Shown here: positions 12,963-23,660 of the stretch, piece after piece
Layout of the letters: each line of letters opens with the position of its first letter
Position numbering within the stretch: position 1 is the stretch's first letter
Origin: Octopus sinensis
Lineage: Eukaryota
Reading direction: 5' to 3'
Assembly: GCF_006345805.1 (NCBI RefSeq)
Contig: NC_043006.1
Coordinates: 58,528,001 to 58,592,000, forward strand
DNA: 64,000 bases
Made by a program: the position numbers and the translations under genes
Notes under the pieces: generated by a model
What the model was told of the DNA's origin: nothing
Database searches by the model: none
What the model saw: only the letters and a program-made list of their open reading frames with translations

Positions 12963-13351
12963 GTGGTTAGCCATGATAAGATGGCTTCTATACTTTACAT
13001 TATCGAGCGATTACTGTTTCAATCTCATTCTGAGATTTAATTATGCTTACTGTTCGGTTTTCGACATCAGTGGCAGACGCCATTAGAAAAACTTATATCT
13101 ATTTGCAAAGGAGCCTTCACTTTCATCGCTACCTGGTGGTTACCGCCCGTTGACGAGGGACAACAATCCCGAAACTAGTTCGAGCGTATCACTCAGGCTT
13201 GCGAGGAAGGGATGGCCTCCCTTTGCAAATACTCCAAGGACACAGATATTGTGTCTAGAGCCAGCTAGAGACGAAGATCTCTTGGGGCTATAAAGCTACA
13301 GTAACACCCCCTCCCCAATGTGGTTAGCCATGATAAGATGGCTTCTATACT
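12963..13351 (+). mobile_element. 357-nt hammerhead-containing unit with 32-bp terminal direct repeats (retrozyme/Penelope pLTR-like)
   Basis: Identical GTGGTTAGCCATGATAAGATGGCTTCTATACT at 12963-12994 and 13320-13351. Inverted arms at 13100-13115 and 13214-13231 enclose the ribozyme motif. Confidence 0.5.
13144..13186 (+). ncRNA. Minimal type I hammerhead ribozyme motif
   Basis: cgcccg-TTGACGA-GGGA caacaa TCCC-GAAA-CTAG-T-T-cgagcg. Stem I pairs 5/6 and stem II is 4 bp. Stem III is the palindrome ACTAGT with a GUU triplet. The core has a C3U change. Confidence 0.7.
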
Positions 13352-15481
13352 TACATGAAATACTTCTGTGCAGTAAAAGACAATAAAACTCATTCTGTGT
13401 GAATAGCTTCATGTTCAAAGTTTTATTCCGACATCTGATAAATGAACACGTACATCTGATAAATGAACACGTACAATGTTCAATAAAGATTTCTGGGAAG
13501 AAGAAGAAAGGTTTTGAACAACTTGCCATGTTCCATGATGATTCTGAGAAAATAGAAATAAATCAAGTTACGTGATTTACTTTTCACAGGCACTAGACGT
13601 AGAATACCATGACGAGCTACTGGTAGGAAATCAGATGTCGAATTCATGTGCCTGAATTTCTCTAGGTCGCGGTGGGCCTTGTCGCTTCTCAGAGAAGCAG
13701 TTAGAGAAGAGAGACCGGTTTAAGCGGGAATGCCGCTTAAATGGGCGATGTGCTACTAGCGAATTCCCCCATGTTATTTTGATGTTGTGCGTAGTAAATT
13801 ATCAAAGGGAGAGTTAATTATGTTCGCCTGCAATTTTCTGGAATATTCTAGAATGTTCGATCAGGAGAGATAACTGTCGTTGACTACCAAGGAATATTTT
13901 GTGGGCTTGCCTACCGTTATATTTTTCGGTTATTTTTTTCTGTTTGTTGTTTGTTTGGTTTTCTGGTTTTTTTTTCGTTTTGGTTTTTTTTTTTCGCCTT
14001 TTACTTGTTGCCGTTATTAGAATGCGGCCATGCTGGGGCACCGCCTTGAAGAATTTGTAGTCGTAGAAAAATTAGCATTTTAAAATTTAAATTTAAAGTC
14101 TTTTGTTTTCTTCTCTCAGCACTTACAGATTAATGAGAATGAGCTGACCTTTTGAACTTTCTGTTGAAGGTCTGGCGCCGAACACTAGTCGTTCAAACGT
14201 ACTTCCTATTGTTTTTTTATGTTTCGACACATTTCTTGAAGTAAATGCTTTCCCTTTTGTTAGAATTCAGACAAATGGCGGTGCCCCAGCATGGCCACAG
14301 CTCGTGAGCTGAAACTAGAATCAATCAATCAATCATATGTTACATTGAGTAGGAAAGAGTCTTGTGTTATTTTATTCTATTCTACTTATTTATTTTCGAT
14401 TGAATATATTTTGTTTACTTAAAAATTGGAATTTTGGAAAATAAAAGTTTTTTTTTTTTTCTTTTACAACCACGATTTCTGTTTTTGTTTGCGTAAAATT
14501 ATTCAAAAAATTGTTAAAATATGACTGTTATTTCTAGCATGTGGAGAGACCTTCAAGGCGGTGCCCCATCATGGCCGTAGTCCAATGACTGAAACAAGTA
14601 AAAAGATTTTCAGAAAATTTTTAAAAATCGAAGAACAGCCAAAAAATATAACCGAGAGGGTTATAAAAAAATTTCAAGAGATTTGGCTGTTATTTCTAGC
14701 ATGTGGAGCGATCCTCTAGGCTTAACTTCATGTGCTGATTGAAAATCATTAAAAAAAATTCTGGGGTTGATACATTCGACTAAAAATTCCTCAAGATGGT
14801 GCCCCAGCATGGCCACAGTCTAATGACTGCAACAAGTTTTGTCCGTGAAGCTTTTGTCCTTAGGGTCTTTTGTCCGCATCCCGCACTCAACATTTGGTAG
14901 ACGGCTACAGCTTATCGCTTCACTAACCCGACGTAAAACTAAACCATAGCCACTACATATGTACGTACGTACGTACGTACGTACGTATGTATGTATGTAC
15001 GTATGTATGTGTGTATGCATGCATGCATGCATGCAAGCGTGAGTGCGTGCGTGTGTGCGTGTGAAGACAGAAAGACAGACAGATAAATAGAATTACGTTG
15101 ATTAGCTCTACTTGACTCAGACGCTGTGAAATTTATTTAATAGCTGAAAGAAAACCTGTTTAAAGCTTTGTAAAGCTCGTATAGCCAGTAAATAAATAGG
15201 TTGTCGCAGCGATAAAATCCCATGTGTTAGAGGCAAAAACTATCAAGATATCCACGTGTTGATATTTATCTGCGATTAAGAGAAAAGTAAGTGACATATT
15301 CCATTTTTCATAGTCACTAATTTTTAAGTGAACATTGTTTTTGAAATGGGAAAATATTTTGAGAAGAAAACGCCATCTGTTGTATTACTATCAATTTGAT
15401 AGACAAAATCTTTCAAGCTTTTAATAACATTTTATTTCAATTTATAAACGCCGTAATTGATTTCAAATCTTTAGAACAAAA

Positions 15482-16102
15482 ATGAATAAGAATTTTGATA
15501 GTGACAGACAAAAACCTCTTGACTACAAAAAAAGTTATATAGCTCGGCGTTGGAAAGTATTCCTGATGAGAGAACTTGAAGATGTAAAACAACCAACATT
15601 TTGGCAAGCGGTATTGGCGGAATTTCTTGGAGTCGCTTTACTTGTTTGTTTCGCAGTTGCTTCTGGAATGAGTAATGAGAATTCCCCACCGAATGGATTG
15701 CTTTTTGCTTGTATTTCATCAGGCTTTTTTATTGCAATCATCATCGGAAGCTTGGTCCATATAAGTGGTGCTCACGTTAACCCTGCTGTCAGTTTGGCTT
15801 TCGCGATAATTGGTGACATAAGTTGGATCCGCTTCATATTCTACTCTATGAGTCAAATGCTCGGCTCTATTGCAGGAGCGGCATACATACGTATTATTAC
15901 ACCGTCAAATATGCATGGAAATTTAGGGGTTCTTACTCCTGGTCCGGGTGTTTCCGATTTACAAGCTATGTTAGTGGAAATGCTCATCACATTCTTGCTT
16001 ATCTTTGGAATTTTGGCAGCCGTTGATAAAGGCCGTAAAGACTCTATCGGATCTGTTCCACTACATGTTGGTCTTATAGTCTCAGTGAACTTATTTGCTG
16101 CT
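15482..16102 (+). CDS. AQP: Aquaporin (MIP family, AQP4-like), coding exon 1 (aa 1-207)
   Basis: The ORF contains AEFLG (TM1), HISGAHVNPAVS (first NPA) and VEMLITF (TM4). Homology stops at GCT|GTAAGT, a phase-0 donor at 16103. Confidence 0.95.
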
Positions 16103-16153
16103 GTAAGTATTGCTCTATTACCTCATTTTTAACGCATACATACATATATTTTA

Positions 16154-16186
<33 letters not shown>

Positions 16187-16187
16187 G

Positions 16188-16440
16188 TGGAGGCGCAATG
16201 GCCCAGTGGTTAGGGCAGCGGACTCGCGGTTGTAGGATCGCGGTTTCGATTCCCAGACCGGGCGTTGTGAGTGTTTCTTGGGGATGGGGGCGATCCCTGC
16301 TGTACTCTTTCGCCACAATTTTCTCTCACTCTTTCTTCTGTTGGTCTGCTCGCTTAGCCAGCGGGGTGGCGTCATTTGAAGGCTAAAACAATGCGAAGCG
16401 CATTGTGACAACATCTGATAGCCTGGTTGGTCACGGTCAC
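16188..16440 (+). mobile_element. tRNA-derived SINE family D (GGAGGCGCAATGGCCCAGTGGTTAGG head)
   Basis: A box TGGCCCAGTGG and B box GTTTCGATTCC; related copies at 31805-32120(-), 33500-33708(-), 52863-52978(+) and 59585-59705(-). Confidence 0.8.
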
Positions 16441-17067
16441 ATATATACATACATACATATATACATACGTACATACATGGTGTAGTGGTTGAGGTGTTGC
16501 ACTCACGATTCCGAGATCATTGTTTCGATTCCCAGAAAATTCCAGGATGTTCTCACCGCGCCAAATATGCATTTTTCAAGATTTGACACTGTGAGGAGGA
16601 GGATATGATGATGATGATTCAGGGAGTTCCCCCTCTCCTCTTTTCCACCTCCGCCTAAGTGTCCGTTCATAGCGGAGCATCTCTTTGCATATGGATACTA
16701 TATACATGGATGTGTGTGTGTGTGTGTGTGTGTACATATATACATCTTCACGTATCATGCCTTCAGTTCTTGGTGATAACGGACCTCCACGTGCTCCTGC
16801 CCCACGCGCAAAACTTAACTTTGGTGACGGTCGAAGATCATTTGTGATTCGTGAAGTCTTCTATCAGACAACACTCTCTTCACGGTAGGCTCCATTTCTA
16901 TTGTTACCGATTTTATACAAAACCTGAATATCCATTCTTCGGGAAAGATACAGTAGAGGGAAGTACTCTCGCCCTGTGTATTTGTCAAAAGGTAGATGAT
17001 TGTGGCAAATATGATTAGGGTGAATGAATCTAGTCTATGTTTGTGTCTGTTGATTAGAGAACAATAG

Positions 17068-18054
17068 GGATCTTTTCGGTTTGAACGGCAATTTTTAACA
17101 ATTTCTAGGTAACTAAAAAATTTTAAACTTCGTATACTGGTAGAATGTGTTTATCATCATTTTCTCTTGGCTTTCTTGAGAAAATTCTGTAGTTTGTAAG
17201 ATATTTGTAAGATATTTTCTTCAGTTTCGGCAATTTCAACCAATCAATTACGTCCATTGACGTAAACAACATTCGGTGCCGTATGAATATGTCCCTCGTT
17301 TAAGAAACAGATTGGGTTTATTTACATTTGTGAAAAAAATGATACCTTTCCCCCACCCCTAACCCTAACCCTAACTAACCCTAAATCTAAAATAGATTGA
17401 AATGCAATAGATCGATACTAGGGTCATAATTATGGGTGACAATTTCATATGACACCGCTAGAAAAAAACGGCCGTTGGGCGAAGGCTTGTACCCTTGGTC
17501 ATCAGTGTGACCCTGAATGTGTGGAGTTCCTTGACTGGCCATAGGCGCAGGAGTGGCTGTGTGGTAAATAGCTTGCTTACCATCCACATGGTTCCGGGTT
17601 CAGTCCCATGCGTGGCATCTTGGGCAAGTGTCTTCTTCTAAAGCCTCGGGCCGACCAAAGTCTTGTGAGTGGATTTGGTAGACGTTGTACATATGTATAT
17701 GTATGTGTGTATGTTTGCGTGTCTGTGTTTGTCCCCCTAGGATTGCTTGACAACCGATGCTGGTGTGTTTATGTCCCCGTCACCTAGCTTACAAAGAATA
17801 AGTCCCGGGGTCGATTTGCTCGACTAAAGGCGGTGCTCCAGCATAGCCGCAGTCAAATGACTGAAACAAGTAAAAGAGTAAAAGAGAGGTTTCGGATCTT
17901 TTCATTTTGAAGGCCAGATTTTCCTAGTTAACTAAAAAATTTGAAACTTCGTATACTGGTAGAATGTGTCAAAAGAAAACATTATTGTAAACAAAATTGA
18001 AAATAAAATTGTTATTCGTAACTTAAACGTAGTTTAATTTTTACGAAAAGATCC
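17068..18054. mobile_element. MITE-like element with 11-bp inverted ends and internal (CCCTAA)n, interrupted by a SINE
   Basis: GGATCTTTTCG at 17068 and CGAAAAGATCC at 18044. CCCTAA repeats at 17357-17384. Internal duplication of AACTAAAAAATTT.AAACTTCGTATACTGGTAGAATGTGT. Confidence 0.45.
17544..17885 (+). mobile_element. SINE family A
   Basis: Full head-to-tail match to the other copies. Confidence 0.85.
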
Positions 18055-18120
18055 GAGGTTTCCCTATAACAGGAGGAATGCATCATAAATGAGCTCACAT
18101 ATTTTGTATATTATCATTTT

Positions 18121-18305
18121 ATCTTTTGTTTCAGTCATCAGACTATGGCCATGCCGGGGCACTGCCTTGGGGAATTTTTAGTCGAATGTATCAACCTCAG
18201 TCCTTATCTATTATAAGTTCTACAGGTCTCTCTTGCCGAACTGTTAATTTATAGAGATGTAAATACACCAAATTCGGTTGTCAAGCGGTGGTGGAGGAAC
18301 ACACA
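18121..18305 (-). mobile_element. SINE family A, 3' half
   Basis: Reverse complement of the tail module. Confidence 0.7.
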
Positions 18306-18536
18306 CACACACGCACACACACACACATACACACACACACAAATATATATATATATATAAGAGAAAAAATCTATCAGAAAGGAACTCTATCTCCCTTAAA
18401 AAAATATCTTTTGATAAGCATAACAAATGCGCAACCGGTAAAAAGAACTTTCACCTAATTAAATACACTCTCCCTTACTTAAATTATTTTGTCAGCATTT
18501 TCTTCATTTCTTTAATATATATATATATATTATATA

Positions 18537-18580
<44 letters not shown>

Positions 18581-18746
18581 CCTTCGAAACACGCTGGAGT
18601 TGAACTAGGGACAGCTGATGAAGGGGATTTTTCCTTGTGTAGTTGTGTGTACTCTGTTTTTTTCGTTTAGGTCCGTTTCCACGTTTGTTTTTACGTTTTC
18701 GTTTCTCGTTGAGTTCTACGTCTATTTGTGGTGTCCTGTACTCACG
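18581..18746 (+). repeat. Short (TA)n-tailed dispersed repeat, same family as 45814-46060
   Basis: Shares CCTT.GAAACAC...AGGGACA...GAAGGGGA and the end TCTACGT...GTCCT.TAC.CA-(TA)n with the minus-strand copy. Confidence 0.6.
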
Positions 18747-18833
18747 TATATATATTTATATATGCAGTATATATACATGTAGATGTAGGTACGTACATAT
18801 ATGTATGTATGTATGCATATATTTTATTTTTAC

Positions 18834-18901
<68 letters not shown>

Positions 18902-18905
<4 letters not shown>

Positions 18906-19078
18906 AAAGTTTACGAAAAAAAACAAAAGACGAAGACAGGTGGTGTACAAAACAAACAGATGTATGAGTATAACGCTCAGGAATAGAAAGAGTCTTTTAC
19001 GTTTCGAGCCTACGCTCTTCTACAGAAAGGTACACAGAAAACACAAGGAGAGAAAAAAATGTGTGTAGTGGCTAACGA
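18902..19078 (-). mobile_element. Penelope-like short element carrying a hammerhead motif, (TA)n tail
   Basis: Hammerhead motif followed by TTCCTGAGCG, a T-rich run and (TA)n; same layout as 40148-40354. Confidence 0.5.
18994..19029 (-). ncRNA. Minimal type I hammerhead ribozyme motif (variant core)
   Basis: Reverse strand reads cttt-CTGTAGA-A-GAGC gtag GCTC-GAAA-CG-T-A-aaag. Same architecture as 40219 with covarying stem I; core has A6U. Confidence 0.55.
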
Positions 19079-19096
19079 TCTATCATGGCGATACGA

Positions 19097-19248
19097 CGGA
19101 CTTCTTTCAGTTTCCGTCAACCAAATCCACTCACAAAGCTTTGGTCGGCCCGAGGCTATAGTAGAATACATTTTCCCAAAGTGCCACACAGTGGGACTGA
19201 ACCCTGAACCAAGTGGTTTGGAAGCAAGCTTCTTACCGCACATCCACA
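19097..19248 (-). mobile_element. SINE family A, 5' half
   Basis: Reverse complement of head and core. Confidence 0.75.
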
Positions 19249-19572
19249 TATTTTTATTTCATTTCCCCTTCTTCTCCCTTCGTTCCCTTACCGTTTATGT
19301 AAACCTTCCACACACAAATTACTAACTGTCCCTGTAGTGTCCTCATCTGATGTTCCTGTGGCAAATAAAGAAATCCTTATAATTGCTATTGTTGTTTTCA
19401 ATGTCATTGTGATGGTCCCTTGACTGGTTTCTTGGGGTGTTGTTGTTGGAATAGTTGATGGTGGAGTTTTCTTGCCTACAAGACTTTGTGTTCTCTCTTT
19501 CCCTCCTCTCTATTGTATATGTTGGGAATGGTTGAGAATGAGTCAGGATGTGTATGGTATTTGCCTACTAAA

Positions 19573-19810
19573 GGGCGGCGAGCTGGCAGAAACGTTAGTA
19601 CGCCGGGCGAAATGCTTAGCAGTATTTCGTCTGCCGCTACGTTCTGAGTTCAAATTCCGCCGAGGTCGACTTTGCCTTTCATCCTTTCGGGGTCGATTAA
19701 ATAAGTACCAGTTACGCACTGGGGTCGATATAATCGATTTAATCCGTTTGTCTGTCCTTGTTTGTCCTCTCTGTGTTTAGCCTCTTGTGGGTAGTAAAGA
19801 AATAGGTATC
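19573..19810 (+). mobile_element. SINE family B
   Basis: Head plus one unit ending AAAGAAATAGGTAT. Confidence 0.85.
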
Positions 19811-21966
19811 TGCCTACTAAGGTTTGAAAAGGTGTGTGATATATATAATTACATACATACATACTTCTTTGACCAACTATTATCCTCTATTCGCATCGTC
19901 CATCCGTTCCAGTGCAGTGTAATATTCTCGCTTGCATACTGAAAAGAGATATTTCTGCTATTTCCAACTCACTGATCGTCCACCTGTAAGCCTTCCCGTT
20001 GCATTAGCAGAATCGAGACAGCCTCCTACGAAAATTTAGTCATGCATGTTTAAATGGAAAATGGATAGATGCACATATATATTTAATAAATCAAGGTTTG
20101 GCAATTTGTTAAATGGACAAATGAAGTAGAAATAAAGAAAACAAGATAAGCCTTCATGTAATTTTTTTATATAAACACACTGATAGCTACTAGATATTTC
20201 ATATGGTGACAGATGTTTCATAATCTATTTATCTCAGCTTAATGTTTCTATAATTTTAATACTTAATCACGTACATAACGGCTCCAAATCCAATTACGAT
20301 TTAGTGCACATAAAATAACTGTACATATATTTTTGTAGTGTTTGTCAGGAGAATAGAATTGCGTCTGATTTCTGTAGGTTGTCCAAGACTGGACGAAATG
20401 ACGAGGCTGGTGTTTAGCTTGAACAGCTACAGGGAAAATATGGTGGGAAGGAAACTGTAAAAGGGTTGACGTTCATGAGGAAATGACTGGGAAAAGAAGT
20501 GAGTTGGAACAGCAGGGTGACACAGAATGTACCGAAAAGAAAAGAGATGAATGCGTTGGGTGCAATTGGGTGATGATATGCAACTAGGAAGTACTCAGGA
20601 ATAGAGGCCGTTGTGATTGATAGAAGTCTCTTGTAGTCCGAGAAAGACGGTTCTGCAATTTCTTGTGAACAACTTGCAAAAATGATTTGTTTGTAGTGAT
20701 CATATTCCTGTGTTGTACATTATTTCAGTGCTTCCATCAAACTGGTGTTTCCTGAACAGATGCACTGTGTATTACATGTCAGGTATCAAAGTGATCGCAG
20801 AGCAACATGAGATGAAGTGTGTTGTTCAAGAACGACGCACCACTCGGTTCGGGAACTAAAACCTCGGTCTTGAGACCGTGAGTACAGTACCCTAACTACT
20901 AAGCCATGCACCGTCTCCGAGACCATTATAGTAACCGAAGAAAAGACAGGAAGAGTAAGCAGTACGGGAACAGAGGTCAATATAATAATAAAAGAAAAAA
21001 AAAACGGAATGTGGAGACAGTGCATCTGTGAGCTAGAGATCTGAATATGTATGTGAGTGAGTCCTTGTCTATCAGTCGGTGTTAAATTGAACATAAAGCT
21101 TGAATTGTTATGAATATAGCAGTCACTGTTCCCACATTGAGCTTTGTAGAGAGTCAGTAGTTGTTCGTGGATGAAGGATGAAGGCGCCTACTCTTTGGGT
21201 CGTGGTTTCTGTTATGTTACGACTGTTAGATAGACAGGAAAGACCAGCAGCAATTATAGAGTTTAACTTTGAAGGTTTTTAGTTGCGTGTTGTCCAAGAG
21301 TAGAGAGGATGAAGTAGTATTTGCTTGATGTGACCGTCTATGTAATTCTGAAGAGTGCCATGTGTTTAATACAATAGTGCTATTTGAGAGGAATTTTCCA
21401 TCCAAAGAGACAAGAGCGCGACAAAGCCCATTGGCTTACGCAGCTCCATTCGGAGGAATTCCTCATTTTGGAAACCTTACTTTTATACATATCAGCTAAG
21501 CGAACTTCGGGACAGCTGGTTTGTTAGTGGGTGTTTTGTATTATCTATTAATCAGGTGTTGGGTATTTTATATGTAAGTGGAGACAAGAAATGAATTTAA
21601 TACACAGGAGTACATTATCCACAGCATTCATTCATTTTTTAGACGGCTGAGTATACACCAGGATGTTCGCATGACTAGACATGAATTTATAAGATGGGAC
21701 AAAAAAAACATTTGTATAGTATTTGCTTGACGCAGTGCCTCGTTGGTTGAGAAATAAACGGGGCAGTAAGTTAATGTGCTAGACGGCAGCTATTGAATTA
21801 TAACTTTCATTGATAATGATCTCTTTTGTAATAAACACAGTTCTGTACACAATAAACATTCAGCTTTGTACCTTTGTGTGTTAAAACTAGGAACATAGAA
21901 TGCTTATACAGAAACTAAATATCTGTAGCGTACACTCGAGTGAAATACCCTTCCCCTTTATTATAT

Positions 21967-21996
21967 ACTAGCAGAGATACCCGGCCTTGTTCGGGA
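21967..21996 (-). mobile_element. Isolated Helitron-type 3' end
   Basis: Reverse strand shows a GC hairpin CCCG..C AAG GCCGGG followed by TATCTCTG-CTAG-T. Confidence 0.35.
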
Positions 21997-22021
21997 TTAA
22001 AATGGCATAATTCTTTTATTG

Positions 22022-22230
22022 TTTTACTTGCTTCAGTCTTGTGACTGCGGCTGTGCTGGAGCACCGCCTTTGGTCAAAAGACTCAACCACAGGCTTTATT
22101 CTTTGTAAACCTAATACTTATTCTATCAGTGTCTTTTGGCGAACCGCTTAGTTATCGGAACGTAAACAAATCAACATCGGTTGTCAAGCAATGGTGGAGG
22201 TACAAACTCAGACAAGCACACACACACACA
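22022..22230 (-). mobile_element. SINE family A, 3' half
   Basis: Reverse complement of the tail module. Confidence 0.75.
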
Positions 22231-22413
22231 TATATATTATAGGAATTTTCAAGATTAATCAGCCGAAATTGCGAGGATGATCTGGCTCCTGACTGAGGAT
22301 AATAGGCTTCGAATGACCCGTCCTTGTATTTTTGTATCGTCTATCTGGATGTTTTGTTGTCCCTTTTTGCATCACCTAGTTGTCCGGATGTTTTGCGTTC
22401 TTGTCCCATTTTG

Positions 22414-22463
<50 letters not shown>

Positions 22464-23621
22464 TCTTTATAAAATTGAGAATGTGTGTCTGTCTGTCTGT
22501 CTGTGTGTTTCCCTAAAACTTGAGAACTACACAACCAATTTCATTCAAATTTTACACATGCCTTACTTAGAGTCCGGGGAGTGTCATCGGCAAAATTTTT
22601 TTAACTTTTTGCTTAGGGTGAGCCCACAGCAATATCATATCTTCTTCACTACGATTCCCTAAAACTTGAGAACTACACAACCAATTCCATTCAAATTTTA
22701 CACATGCCTTACTTAGGGTCCATGTAGTTTCATGGGCAAAAAAAATGTTCAACTTCTTGCCTAGAGCGAGCCCATAGCAATATCATATCTTCTCCACTAT
22801 TTCAGTATTACGTGTTAAAAGTGAACAAAACACGTTCTCTATTTTATGTCAGATACTTTCACTTTAACAATAAAAATAATAATAACAATTGAATTATATG
22901 TAGTAAGTAATAATTAAAATCAAACTAAAGTATAATATAATCGTAACATAACAAAAGTAAAAATAGCAATTGGTATAAAATTGCATCAATGATTTGAACT
23001 TGAATAAGTGGTTTCACATGAATGGGAATAAATTAAAAATAAAATTAGCCTGCAGAAATGGAATAGTCCAGATGGATAATAAAAAATTAAATTAAAGAAA
23101 AGACTATTGTCTATAAAGTATACAATGTAGAGAAAAAAGATTTGAACACATGGAGGAAAGTACCTTCGAAAAGTGTCTTGGTGCGACTATGAAAGGTATC
23201 TAATCAGAGGCGGTAAATTCGTCACAATAGAAGCAAGGTTCGAGTCAACGGAGCGTGCAAGGGAGTACTCGACTCGAACTTGCAAAGTGAAAATATTTTA
23301 TTTTACCTTTATATCTGGGACATAGGACGTCCCGGAAAAAAATTTAATGCCCCCCGCCCCAGAAGTAGAGGTAGGCTGGATTGTAGCCACACTTCTATAC
23401 AAGAGGGAGGACAAGATACAATTGATCGAAATTACAAGAGACGGGCTAACAATTCCAGTCTGTTATATATTTTGAGTATTGTTATCACTAGCAATATCAA
23501 GATATAACTTTGTATTTTGTATTTTATGTGTAGATGTATATATATAGATGTACATGTAATATGTACACATATATACATGCACTAGCACTATGACCCGGCA
23601 ACGACGGGTCTTTAATGCTAA
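22464..23621 (+). mobile_element. Non-autonomous Helitron-like (Lep1/DINE-1-type) element
   Basis: A|TC 5' end, (CTGT)n near the start and an ACTACACAACCAATTTCATTCAAATTTTACAC core. 3' GC hairpin followed by CTAA|T. Internal 146-bp tandem duplication. Confidence 0.6.
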
Positions 23622-23627
23622 TATATG

Positions 23628-23660
<33 letters not shown>

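Noticed and set aside
14173-14185. TGGCGCCGAAC, a tRNA-Lys PBS-like motif
   Set aside because: A short imperfect match with no adjacent LTR or gag-pol sequence.
15482-16132. 216-aa single-exon aquaporin ORF as given in the track
   Set aside because: It reads through a strong GTAAGT donor at 16103 and lacks the second NPA box and TM6, which are found in downstream exons.
16188-16265. tRNA genes (this and other A/B-box heads)
   Set aside because: No complete cloverleaf or acceptor stem; each continues into a shared SINE body present in many copies.
17357-17384. True telomere or chromosome-fusion site
   Set aside because: Only about four interrupted units, unidirectional, and internal to a repeat element.
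18581-18630. GAAAC...CTGATGA in type II hammerhead order
   Set aside because: No UH cleavage site or stem I/III can be formed, and the homologous copy at about 45950 lacks CTGA.
20380-21480. Possible very old minus-strand LINE remnant (PFTVSFP-like and FRY-like fragments)
   Set aside because: Only scattered short resemblances and no continuous frame; too weak to call without a profile search.
22280-22325. CTGAGGA...TTCGAAT hammerhead look-alike in a (TA)n-tailed repeat
   Set aside because: GAAA is not intact and the stems do not pair.
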